Assembly: GCA_035946775.1 (NCBI GenBank)
Contig: DASYZA010000328.1
Location: 3,203-67,202, forward strand
DNA from: Candidatus Sulfotelmatobacter sp.
GTDB lineage: Bacteria; Acidobacteriota; Terriglobia; Terriglobales; Acidobacteriaceae
Direction: 5' to 3'
Length of the DNA stretch: 64,000 nucleotides
Of the stretch, positions 30,294 to 38,174 are shown one piece after another; position 1 is the first letter of the stretch; each line of letters begins with the position of its first letter. The position numbers were made by a program, and so were the translations under genes. The notes beneath the pieces are model-generated. The model searched no databases. It had not been told where the DNA came from and saw nothing but the letters and a program-made list of their open reading frames with translations.

Positions 30294-30707
30294 CGTAGAA
30301 ATCGCTTTGTTTCCCTTGATATAGCAACCCCGAGTGCAAAAAGTAACCTCCTCGTGATTACTTTTGTTATGAAGGAACCTTGAAGGTGGACCCAAGACTG
30401 GGACAGATAAAGAGCGAGAGCAGCCTCGATCACACGGGGCATGCACCGAGCAGCACCCAAGCAAAACAGGGCCGCGTGGATCTTCGATTCTCATGGCCAG
30501 CGCCGTCCGGTTCCGGACGGCATCCGTCCATATCGAACACGTGGCCACGCTCATTGGTCCCTGAAGTACGGACAAATATAGGGTTTGCCAGCACGAGCGA
30601 TTGGAAAGCGAGATGCTCCCGTTCCTGCGATTCAACCGCTGGGGGATTCTTCCGTCACAGCTTGTCACTGGAAGGAAAACCATACCTGCCGATGGTAGCG
30701 AGGGAAA

Positions 30708-31777
30708 ATGATTGCTTCTTTAACTCAGGATCTTGGCTACGCATTCCGGCAATTGCGCAAGAACCCCGGATTCGCAGCCATTGCCATTCTCACCCTCGCT
30801 CTCGGAAGCGGTGCCACAACCGCGATCTTTACGCTGGTCAGCGGTGTTTTGCTGAAGCCGCTCCAGTATCCGCACTCTGAGAGCCTCGTCGCCCTGCACG
30901 TGCAAGCCGAAAAGCGTGGCGATCGATGGGGTTTCTCCTATCCGGACTTCCTCGATTGCCAGCGGGAGTGTCGCTCCTTCCAAGGTGTTACGGCCTGGAC
31001 CTATGGCGGCGCAACCGTCAGTGCGCCGGGGGAACCAGAATACGTTGACGGTCGTCTGATTTCTGCGGATCTTTTCTCCGTCTTGCGTATGCCTCTCGTT
31101 ATGGGCCGCTCGTTTCTTCCCGCAGAGGATCAGGTCGCTGCTGCTCCGGTCGCCATTATCAGCACTCGTCTCTGGCAGCGCCGTTACGGCGCGGACCCGA
31201 GAGCTGTCGGCATGCCGCTCACGTATGACGGCAAAGCGTACACAATCGTCGGAATTGCGCCACCCGGCCTCCAACTCGATGGTGATGTGGACGTTTTCAC
31301 TCCACTCGGCCAAGCCACCGAGCCCCGCATGCAGTGGCGCGCTGCCCATTTTCTTCATGTCGACGCGCGCCTACGCCCTGACGTAACTCTCTCCGGAGCG
31401 CAAGCGGAGTTGGCACTGATGAGTGCGCGGCTGCAGAAGCAATATCCGGACTCAAATACTGGCATCACGTTCGTGCCACACTCGCTTCAGAGCGAACTGG
31501 GTCCAGGACGTCAGGCCCACCCGCTCGTCCGACATCGTGCGCCTCGTTCTTCGCGAGAGCCTCGCCATCATCCCTGGCTGGGATTGGAATTGGCCTGCTC
31601 GCGTCCATCGGCAGCCAGCGTGTTCTCCAGCGCTTAGTGCCCGGCGTGCAAGCAGCACAGGTACTTGTCCTCGCGGTCGTGCTGCCCGCGCTGATTCTGG
31701 TCGCTCTCGTCGCCTGCTATATCCCCGCACGCCGCGCGGGCAAGGTCGATCCGGTGGTATCGCTCCGGTACGAGTAG
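30708..31777 (+). pseudogene. decayed ADOP-family (MacB-like, FtsX-domain) ABC permease
   Basis: The N-terminus MIASLTQDLGYAFRQLRKNPGFAAIAILTLALGSGATTAIFTLVSGVLLKPL is typical of acidobacterial duplicated orphan permeases, which are normally about 800-900 aa. Homology leaves frame near 31497 (..SLQSEL, then VQDVRPT in the next frame). It then jumps to the extreme C-terminal FtsX helices (DIVRLVLRESLAII). It shifts frame again to end in ..LVACYIPARRAGKVDPVVSLRYE* at 31777. Confidence 0.75.
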
Positions 31778-31969
31778 AGCAACGTCCATCCTGAATGTCG
31801 CGCGGCCTCGATTTCGTGGGGCGATCTGAGTTCGCACATTACAAAAGGTCTGTCGGCCGTCGTTCGGTTTTCGTAACAAAATCAGATTTCTCGATCCCGT
31901 GTGTCCGGAAGGGAAGTACCATCACGCGGCCTTCCCCCACACGGTAAGTAGTTCAACGGGATAGTTCCT

Positions 31970-34900
31970 ATGCCGAGCGGAGACCCTCCTCGTCCCGTCG
32001 CGGTCGTCGCTGTTCACGGCGTCGGCTACTGCAAGCCATATTCCATCTCTTGCCACATCGCCAGCTTGTTGCTTGGACTCGGAAGGCTTCGCTTGCGCGA
32101 AGGGGTCGACTGGCCTGATGGCGCTGATGTCGCGCAGCCTTATAAGTCATACACCGAAGAATTTATCCAAGTTCCGTTGCAACGGGTTCTGGTGAGTGAT
32201 GCCGAAAAGGCTCAGGCTCGACTCGTCCAAAAAACACCAGGTGCAACCCTCGGCGACAAAATCTGGACCGGCGTCAAACGGCTCCTCCATTTCTATGCAG
32301 AAAGCCGCGGATACGCCGCCGAAGTTTTCTCGAAGCGCCGCAAGCCTGGCGATGCGGCCAAAGATATTACGGACCGGAGTTTCCTCGGCCGCGAATTCAT
32401 GCGCTCCCAGCTCGCCGGTTACGTGTCCACGCAAGACGGTCAGGCCTGGGATACGATCCGCCTTCGCACCGAGCGCGCAACTCCTGAAGGAGAACCGCCG
32501 CGCAAAGTCGACATCTACGAATGCTACTGGGCTGATCTGGCCCGCCCTCAGGGCAGCATCTTCAGCTTCTTCAATGCGCTGTACCAATTGCTCTTTCACC
32601 TGGCCAGCCTCTCGCGTACCGCCCTCGATTACGCGGTGATCGAGCACATTCACCAGTTTCGGTGGCGCCTCGCTTCCTTTCTTCAAGCCATGGCCGTCCG
32701 CCTTCTGGTCATCTTCGTCCCAATTCTCAATCTGATTCTTCTGATCGCTGGTCTCGTCGTCCTGCCACTAAAAATTGGTGCGAATCATCAGTTCTTAGCC
32801 GCGGCGCTGTTTGGCTTGATTGTTTTCCTTGCACTCTTGTTTCGTCCCCGTCGTGTTCCCAGCCACTTCAGCAGTTGGCTTGGGATGCTCGCCGGAACCT
32901 ACATTTCGGGCTTCCTGATTTCCTGGCTCTTGTTCCGTTTCGTTGACCTCGGGCCACGCGGCGGCGATGTCGCTCTCGCCGTTGAGTCATGGCTGCTCGG
33001 CGAAATCATCTTGCTTCTCCTGATGAAACGCTACGAATCCGTACGGCGCGGCGCCTTTGGCACAGCTGTATTTTTGGGAGCCGCGTGTGCAGTTGCGTTT
33101 GTCATCTTTCTGGTCCCCTTGTTGCACGATCCCGCGACGCCCAACCCCGTCGAACAAGCCAGCCTCTGGACCATGGAAGTCGTCTTTTATCTCCTGTCAC
33201 TGGCCTGGGTGTTGCTGCTGCTTTGTGCTTTGGGTGCACGGATCCTGCAGTTTTTGTGTTTGATGCCGCTGCGCAAAGCAGCAACATCGTCTCGAAAAGC
33301 GAAGGCCGAAGACAGCGCGTCCAGACTCGCGGCTTACGCTCGCGCGTGTGCGGCATTCCGCACGGCGCGGCTGTCGCTAGCAGTCTCGGCCTCCATGATC
33401 GCTCTGGTCACGGTGTTTCTTTGGGCCGGAGCTTTCTCCTACACCAACAGGACATTCGGTCTCTTCGCCGGTGTCAGAATCAGCTATCCCCCGTCGCCAT
33501 TTCATTCGATCACTGCTTTGGTCGTGCCCACTGACGCGGAATCCCGATGGTTGTCAGACCGAACCACTCCCGAAGCGAGAGAGAAATGCGACAACGGCAG
33601 CATCAACACAGACAGCGTCTGTGCAGCCGGTACCGATGCTCCTGCTGGCGGGCCTGCCTGCCCCGAACTCTCCGCTGACGACCAGAAACTTCTCCAACAC
33701 CGCCTTGATAAGGCACAGCAGGTCCTGGCAGCGAATGGCAGCCTTGCCGGTCAAATTCCTATTGATTTGGAGTCACGTCTTGAAGTGCTCGAAAAACCAG
33801 CAGGAATGAGACGTGACCGCAGGTATGGTTGCGTCTATCGGATTTTCCTGCTGGAGAATAAACTCGGCATTGCTGGATACACCGAGTATCACTTCCTGGC
33901 CCGCGCCCTGCTGCTTGCAAGCACCAGCAGTGGCCTGCCGGTCATGATTTTTTTGATTGTGATTGCCATCGTGGTTCTTGGCTGGGCTGTAGCGCGCTCA
34001 CTGATCCCTGACGGCACTGCCTTGAATCTCGCGAGCAATCGCCAGTGCATGCAACTGGCAGACTGGCTCTCCCGCGGACTCGATTCCACCCGCGCGGTAA
34101 CCAGCTTGTTCTGGTTTTCCATCTTCATCGTGCCGCTGGTCTTCGGTTCCCTCGATTACTTGTACTCCCACCAATATCTGATCTCCTACACGGCAGAGCA
34201 CGGTTGGCTCCGAGAGCTCTTGGACCACGCCATTTCCCAATCGCTCAGCATGCTCGACCTGATCGGCGCGAAAGTTGCCATTTCCGGTGCCGCCATCGCT
34301 GCCATTATTTATCGCTACGGCCGCGCTCCGCTCGACATCTTGCTCGATGTCGATAACTACCTCCGTACCTCTCCGCTCGAGAACGCTCCTCGTGCCCGCA
34401 TTGCCGAACGGTATGTTTCTTTGCTGCGTTATATCGCCGCGCAAAAAGATCGTCAGGACCCTTCACGCCCGTACTACGGATCAGTGGTCATTGTTGCGCA
34501 CAGTCTCGGCGCGCTAATCTCCGCCGACCTACTGCACTTTCTGAAGGAAGAACCCGACCCTGCATTAGCTCCGCTCGGCTATGGCGAGAAGGATCAGACA
34601 AAGGCCCCAGATATTCCGATCCGCCTTTTCACCTTCGGCAATCCGTTGCGCCAGCTTTTGAACCGATTCTTCCCACATATCTACTGGTGGGTGCGCGAGG
34701 AACCTGACAACGGTGTGCGCCCGGTCGCCAAAGCAGTTGCTACGGCGCCTACCCTGGCGAACCTTCCAGATAGGCCCCGCATCTCCGATCTCGGTGTAGC
34801 AGTGAAGCTTTGGTTCAACGCCTATCGCAGCGGAGATTTTGTCGGCCGCATGCTCTGGTCAGATCGCTGGTACTGCCGCAACGCTCGCGGGCTCGATCAG

Positions 34901-35173
34901 GGGCAGTATTCACAGAAAAAGAAGGATGAGGTCACCATCATCCGCGACGCTGACCCACCGAAGACCGAGCGCGCGGAAATGTGCATCGGCCTCGGCGGGC
35001 ACAACGATTATTGGAACCGAACCGCCCCTGACATGGCCGAAAAACTCGACAAGTTGATTCAGGACAAGTTGATTGAAAAGGAAGTCGACGACTCCGTCAC
35101 CCCTGCAGCGGCGCCGCTTGCGAGCGAGCGCCACCCGGAACCTCACGCCCCAAGTCCCGTAGGATCCGCTTAA
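31970..35173 (+). CDS. 1067-aa polytopic membrane protein with split alpha/beta-hydrolase (serine esterase/lipase-like) signature
   Basis: N-terminal soluble part has VAVVAVHGVG and VDIYECYWADL. About 9-10 hydrophobic helices follow (aa ~240-800), with a ~170-aa Cys-containing loop. The C-terminal part has VVIVAHSLGALISADL (GxSxG), RLFTFGNP and GLGGHNDYW. I do not recognise a named family. Confidence 0.6.
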   Translation: MPSGDPPRPVAVVAVHGVGYCKPYSISCHIASLLLGLGRLRLREGVDWPDGADVAQPYKSYTEEFIQVPLQRVLVSDAEKAQARLVQKTPGATLGDKIWTGVKRLLHFYAESRGYAAEVFSKRRKPGDAAKDITDRSFLGREFMRSQLAGYVSTQDGQAWDTIRLRTERATPEGEPPRKVDIYECYWADLARPQGSIFSFFNALYQLLFHLASLSRTALDYAVIEHIHQFRWRLASFLQAMAVRLLVIFVPILNLILLIAGLVVLPLKIGANHQFLAAALFGLIVFLALLFRPRRVPSHFSSWLGMLAGTYISGFLISWLLFRFVDLGPRGGDVALAVESWLLGEIILLLLMKRYESVRRGAFGTAVFLGAACAVAFVIFLVPLLHDPATPNPVEQASLWTMEVVFYLLSLAWVLLLLCALGARILQFLCLMPLRKAATSSRKAKAEDSASRLAAYARACAAFRTARLSLAVSASMIALVTVFLWAGAFSYTNRTFGLFAGVRISYPPSPFHSITALVVPTDAESRWLSDRTTPEAREKCDNGSINTDSVCAAGTDAPAGGPACPELSADDQKLLQHRLDKAQQVLAANGSLAGQIPIDLESRLEVLEKPAGMRRDRRYGCVYRIFLLENKLGIAGYTEYHFLARALLLASTSSGLPVMIFLIVIAIVVLGWAVARSLIPDGTALNLASNRQCMQLADWLSRGLDSTRAVTSLFWFSIFIVPLVFGSLDYLYSHQYLISYTAEHGWLRELLDHAISQSLSMLDLIGAKVAISGAAIAAIIYRYGRAPLDILLDVDNYLRTSPLENAPRARIAERYVSLLRYIAAQKDRQDPSRPYYGSVVIVAHSLGALISADLLHFLKEEPDPALAPLGYGEKDQTKAPDIPIRLFTFGNPLRQLLNRFFPHIYWWVREEPDNGVRPVAKAVATAPTLANLPDRPRISDLGVAVKLWFNAYRSGDFVGRMLWSDRWYCRNARGLDQGQYSQKKKDEVTIIRDADPPKTERAEMCIGLGGHNDYWNRTAPDMAEKLDKLIQDKLIEKEVDDSVTPAAAPLASERHPEPHAPSPVGSA

Positions 35174-35528
35174 CTTCCGCCAGGAGTCCGTCGGCGCCTT
35201 TATCTAACCCGAGGTGCTCTTTCTCCAGAAAGGCGCAAGCTCCATCTTTCTTGAGGCGTTCTGCATTCTTCTCTGACAGTCCGGTACACGCAACGACCGC
35301 GATTTCCTTGGTCCTGGGATTCTTCTTCAGTGACTTCAGAACGTCTGGCCCAGTCATCTTCGGCAATAGCATGTCGAGCAGGATCAAATCCGGCTTCTCC
35401 TTCTGCGCCAGTTCAATCGCCTCCAAGCCATCTTCCGCCGTGGTGACCTTGTATCCCGCCCGCGCCAACGCCCGCTCCGTTGCCATTCGCAAGAACTTGC
35501 TGTCTTCCACCAACAGAATCTTCGTCAT
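35097..35528 (-). CDS. single-domain response regulator (CheY-like receiver)
   Basis: KILLVEDSKFLR, phospho-acceptor context PDLILLDMLLPKMTG, and conserved T/K positions (VVACTG...K). There is no output domain and no adjacent histidine kinase. Confidence 0.88.
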   Translation of the reverse strand: MTKILLVEDSKFLRMATERALARAGYKVTTAEDGLEAIELAQKEKPDLILLDMLLPKMTGPDVLKSLKKNPRTKEIAVVACTGLSEKNAERLKKDGACAFLEKEHLGLDKGADGLLAEVKRILRDLGREVPGGARSQAAPLQG

Positions 35529-35830
35529 TTCCGCGCATCTCCGCTCCGACCTGCCGTTCCTTCGACAGGCTTCACTCAGTCGACAGCTTCGATTCTTCTA
35601 TCGGCAGAATCGCAACCATAGATCACTAAGAGAAAACCGAAGGGAATCGAGAGATAAGAACAGTTTCAGAAACGACGTCCGCCCTGAATGCAGAAGGTAG
35701 AAGTCAGTGGGGAAATCAGAATGAACGACTGAGAACAAAAGAACTCAGAAGAAAAAACCAGAATGAGGCAGCAAGAATGGGAAAGCAATCGCTGGGTAAT
35801 GGAATCTGGTTCTGCATTCTGACTTCCGGC

Positions 35831-36418
35831 CTACTTTGTTCTCTCCGGCCTCGCCGCCTCAATCAAAGCGCGCACTGCAGTCCGGAATGCTTCTTGTAGT
35901 TCTCCTTCATGGCCATCCGGTACGGTGTTCTGAATCAGCATCACTGCCGTCCCATGCGAGATCGCCCACAACTGCAGAGCCAGACGGGTGTAATCCTCGG
36001 GAGCGCCGCCCAGTTCGTTTGCCAGCACTTTTTCCACAAACGCAAAATTCGGCCGTGACTCGCGAATCGGTTTCGGTGGCATCCCCCGCTTGCGCGGCAC
36101 GTTCAGCATGCGCGCTTCGGAGAAAAACAATTCGTACTCGTGCGGATTCTCCAGCGCGAATTGCAGATACGCTTCGGCCATGTCACTGGCCGTTCGACCT
36201 TGCGCGAAGTATTTTCGCAGCCGTTCCGCCACTCGCAGCAGAATTCCACGCACCAGGTCCTGCCGGTCCTTAAATCGCCGGTACACCGCCGGCGTGTTGC
36301 TGCCCGCCGCTTTCGCGACAGCCCGCATCGTCAGCGCCTTCGTGCCACCTCGCCTCCATAAAACCTCAGCCGCATGTAGTAAACGATCTTCCAAATCCGG
36401 GTCTGGATACCTCGGCAT
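35831..36418 (-). CDS. TetR/AcrR-family transcriptional regulator
   Basis: N-terminal HTH TMRAVAKAAGSNTPAVYRRFKDRQDL. GGGAGG lies 6 nt upstream of ATG 36416-36418. Confidence 0.88.
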   Translation of the reverse strand: MPRYPDPDLEDRLLHAAEVLWRRGGTKALTMRAVAKAAGSNTPAVYRRFKDRQDLVRGILLRVAERLRKYFAQGRTASDMAEAYLQFALENPHEYELFFSEARMLNVPRKRGMPPKPIRESRPNFAFVEKVLANELGGAPEDYTRLALQLWAISHGTAVMLIQNTVPDGHEGELQEAFRTAVRALIEAARPERTK

Positions 36419-36478
36419 CGAAATCCTCCCTATTTCGTTACCGCTGTCACCATATAAGCCTTATTATGATGCCCAAAT

Positions 36479-36500
36479 TATATTGACAATGTAAACATAA
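36479..36500. promoter_or_regulatory. operator/promoter copy 1 (TATATTGACAATGTAAACATAA) next to tetR
   Basis: 19/22 identical to copy 2. It contains TTGACA (36483-36488) and the near-palindrome ATGTAAACAT. On the minus strand it offers TTGTCA-N17-TAATAA facing tetR. Confidence 0.5.
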
Positions 36501-36649
36501 CCTGGGTAGGATAACCACTGCGGTCCTCCCCTATCGCAATTCCCAGGTCCGTGGATCTGGAAGGTCGGCCGTCGGTGCGTCCCGCCCGGCGGCCTTTCTT
36601 CTGCTCCATCGACTTCCCCAGCCCTCAAACCCTAAGTGCTCGCAATTAA

Positions 36650-36682
36650 TATATTGACACTGTATACGTAATTGAGATATAA
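36650..36682 (+). promoter_or_regulatory. operator/promoter copy 2: TTGACA-N17-ATATAA with embedded GTATAC palindrome, upstream of the 36749 gene
   Basis: TATATTGACACTGTATACGTAA at 36650-36671; -35 TTGACA at 36654-36659; 17-nt spacer; -10-like ATATAA at 36677-36682. It lies about 67 nt upstream of ATG 36749. Confidence 0.55.
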
Positions 36683-36748
36683 GAGATTCAGCTCGTGTGT
36701 CCCCGCCCACTAGCACCCAACTTTCGAATCAGGAAGTGAGCTTCAAAG

Positions 36749-37531
36749 ATGTCGTCCTATGACAACCCGGGGCCCCGTATCTCTGCCGTGCAACTGAATT
36801 CCGAACTCCAGCAGGTGCAACTCGAACTGCTCAACGCGCATTGCGCTGTCCATCAACTGCGGCTGCAGTACTCCTGCGACGACCTCGCGCGCTTCGGTCG
36901 TCGCGACCTCATCCGCAAGTCCGCCGAGACCGCCAGCGCTCTGCAAGAGTTCTATATCGACGTAGAAAGAAAGATACTCACAACGGTCTCGGAGGCACCG
37001 CCTCCACCCACACCCGAGCAGATCGCTCAAGCTGTCGGCTGGCTCGCTCAATATCTGCAGGAGCAGCGCAATCATTATTTTCCCGTTGGCAGCACTCTGA
37101 GCCCGCACATGAAGGCCTCCATGTGGCCGTACTTTTCCTCGTCGCTGCTCGATGAGGTTCGCGTCATCGAACTTCATGGCGCACGCGTCACCGTGCCCCC
37201 TTTCTTTTCGGACGTTCGTGCCGCAGGCTTCGAACCGCCTGAGATCACTCACATGGACTCGGTGACCTTTCTCGACCTGATTGCCTTCAATCAGGAACTC
37301 TCCGAGCGCGCTCTGTTCCACGCGCTCGTCCACTCCGTTCAGATCCGGAAGCTCGGATTGCAGCGCTACGCCGAACTGTGGGTCCACAGCTTCGTCAAGG
37401 GCCGCACACACTTCACCGTTCCCCTGGAGGTGCACGCCTTCTCCATGGCTTCCAAATTCCTGCGCCCCGCTCCGGAGCGGTTCTCGGTCGAGGAGCAAGT
37501 GGACCTCTGGATCCACAACGAGCGCTACTGA
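36749..37531 (+). CDS. hypothetical protein (possible degenerate DUF4157-like metallopeptidase fold, HxxxH)
   Basis: 260-aa ORF with balanced composition. It has an N-terminal coiled-coil-like segment, a PPPPTPEQ linker, and a C-terminal block FLDLIAFNQELSERALFHALVHSVQ reminiscent of the HELTHVVQ context but lacking the Glu. It is the likely target of the divergent TetR. Confidence 0.6.
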   Translation: MSSYDNPGPRISAVQLNSELQQVQLELLNAHCAVHQLRLQYSCDDLARFGRRDLIRKSAETASALQEFYIDVERKILTTVSEAPPPPTPEQIAQAVGWLAQYLQEQRNHYFPVGSTLSPHMKASMWPYFSSSLLDEVRVIELHGARVTVPPFFSDVRAAGFEPPEITHMDSVTFLDLIAFNQELSERALFHALVHSVQIRKLGLQRYAELWVHSFVKGRTHFTVPLEVHAFSMASKFLRPAPERFSVEEQVDLWIHNERY

Positions 37532-37630
37532 CAAGCTGTTTTAGTCCCCCCCGCTAGCCACAGGGGCGGCAGCAAGCCGCCCCGTCCTTCTTTTCGGCGA
37601 TCGGCAATCTGAGGAAGCACGGAGTAATTA

Positions 37631-37677
37631 CTGACCACTGACGCTGACGACTAATCCCTAGCCCTTGATCCCTCCCC
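37631..37677. repeat. CTGAC / CTAGGGAT word repeat, left arm flanking the small membrane-protein gene
   Basis: ctgaccactgacgctgacgactaatccctagcccttgatccctcccc. Its reverse complement shares GGCTAGGGAT and CAGTGG/TCAG words with 38079-38106. Confidence 0.55.
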
Positions 37678-37724
37678 ACATCATCTAAAATGAAACCAGA
37701 CCCTGTAGCAGGTTGGAGGTGTTT

Positions 37725-38084
37725 ATGTCGGACGAATCCATCACGATCTCGCCCGGTCCGAAGTTCAAGACCGCGATGCTTGTGGCCTTGGTGGCGGACG
37801 CGCTCCAACTGGTGTTCTTGCCCATGTTTGCCGAAGGCGCGCTCTCCCCGGCCGACGACCTGCTCGACTTCGGCGTTGCCGGACTAATGGTCCATTTGCT
37901 CGGATGGCACTGGGAATTCCTGCCGTCGTTTTTCGCGAAGCTCGTTCCCGGCGTGGATCTCGTCCCCTTCTGGACGATTGCCGTCGCCAGCGTCTGGCGC
38001 AAAGCCAAGGCCAATGCCGTCGTCGACGGGGTGGATCCTGAAGGAAAAAAACTGCTTCCGCAGGGACGAGGAATCAGAGGCTAG
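37725..38084 (+). CDS. small membrane protein (3 predicted helices), unknown function
   Basis: ATG 37725 preceded by GGAGGTG. Hydrophobic segments are AMLVALVADALQLVFLPMF, LLDFGVAGLMVHLLGW and VDLVPFWTIAVASVW. Confidence 0.6.
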   Translation: MSDESITISPGPKFKTAMLVALVADALQLVFLPMFAEGALSPADDLLDFGVAGLMVHLLGWHWEFLPSFFAKLVPGVDLVPFWTIAVASVWRKAKANAVVDGVDPEGKKLLPQGRGIRG

Positions 38085-38106
38085 GGATCAGTGGATACTG
38101 ACGGGA
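38079..38106. repeat. TAGGGATCAG word repeat, right arm (starts on the stop codon of the small membrane-protein gene)
   Basis: ggctagggatcagtggatactgacggg. The TAG stop at 38082-38084 is the first three bases of TAGGGATCAG, the same 10-mer as at 5281-5290. Confidence 0.55.
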
Positions 38107-38174
38107 AGATCTCCTGCGAGCTGAGAACTCGAAACTGAGCACTGGTGCCACGTAATCCCTGCCACTGGCCGTTC

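Noticed and set aside
36743-37534. A 263-aa minus-strand ORF almost exactly co-extensive (within 6 nt at each end) with the 260-aa plus-strand ORF 36749-37531. This suggests a possible bidirectionally coding locus.
   Set aside because: The two frames are codon-aligned: antisense position 1 lies opposite sense position 3. In a GC3-rich gene the antisense frame can only acquire stops opposite the sense codons TTA, CTA and TCA, which are rare. A full-length shadow ORF is therefore expected. The minus-strand product is Arg/His/Gly/Leu-rich with no recognisable features, whereas the plus-strand product has balanced composition, a promoter and an operator.
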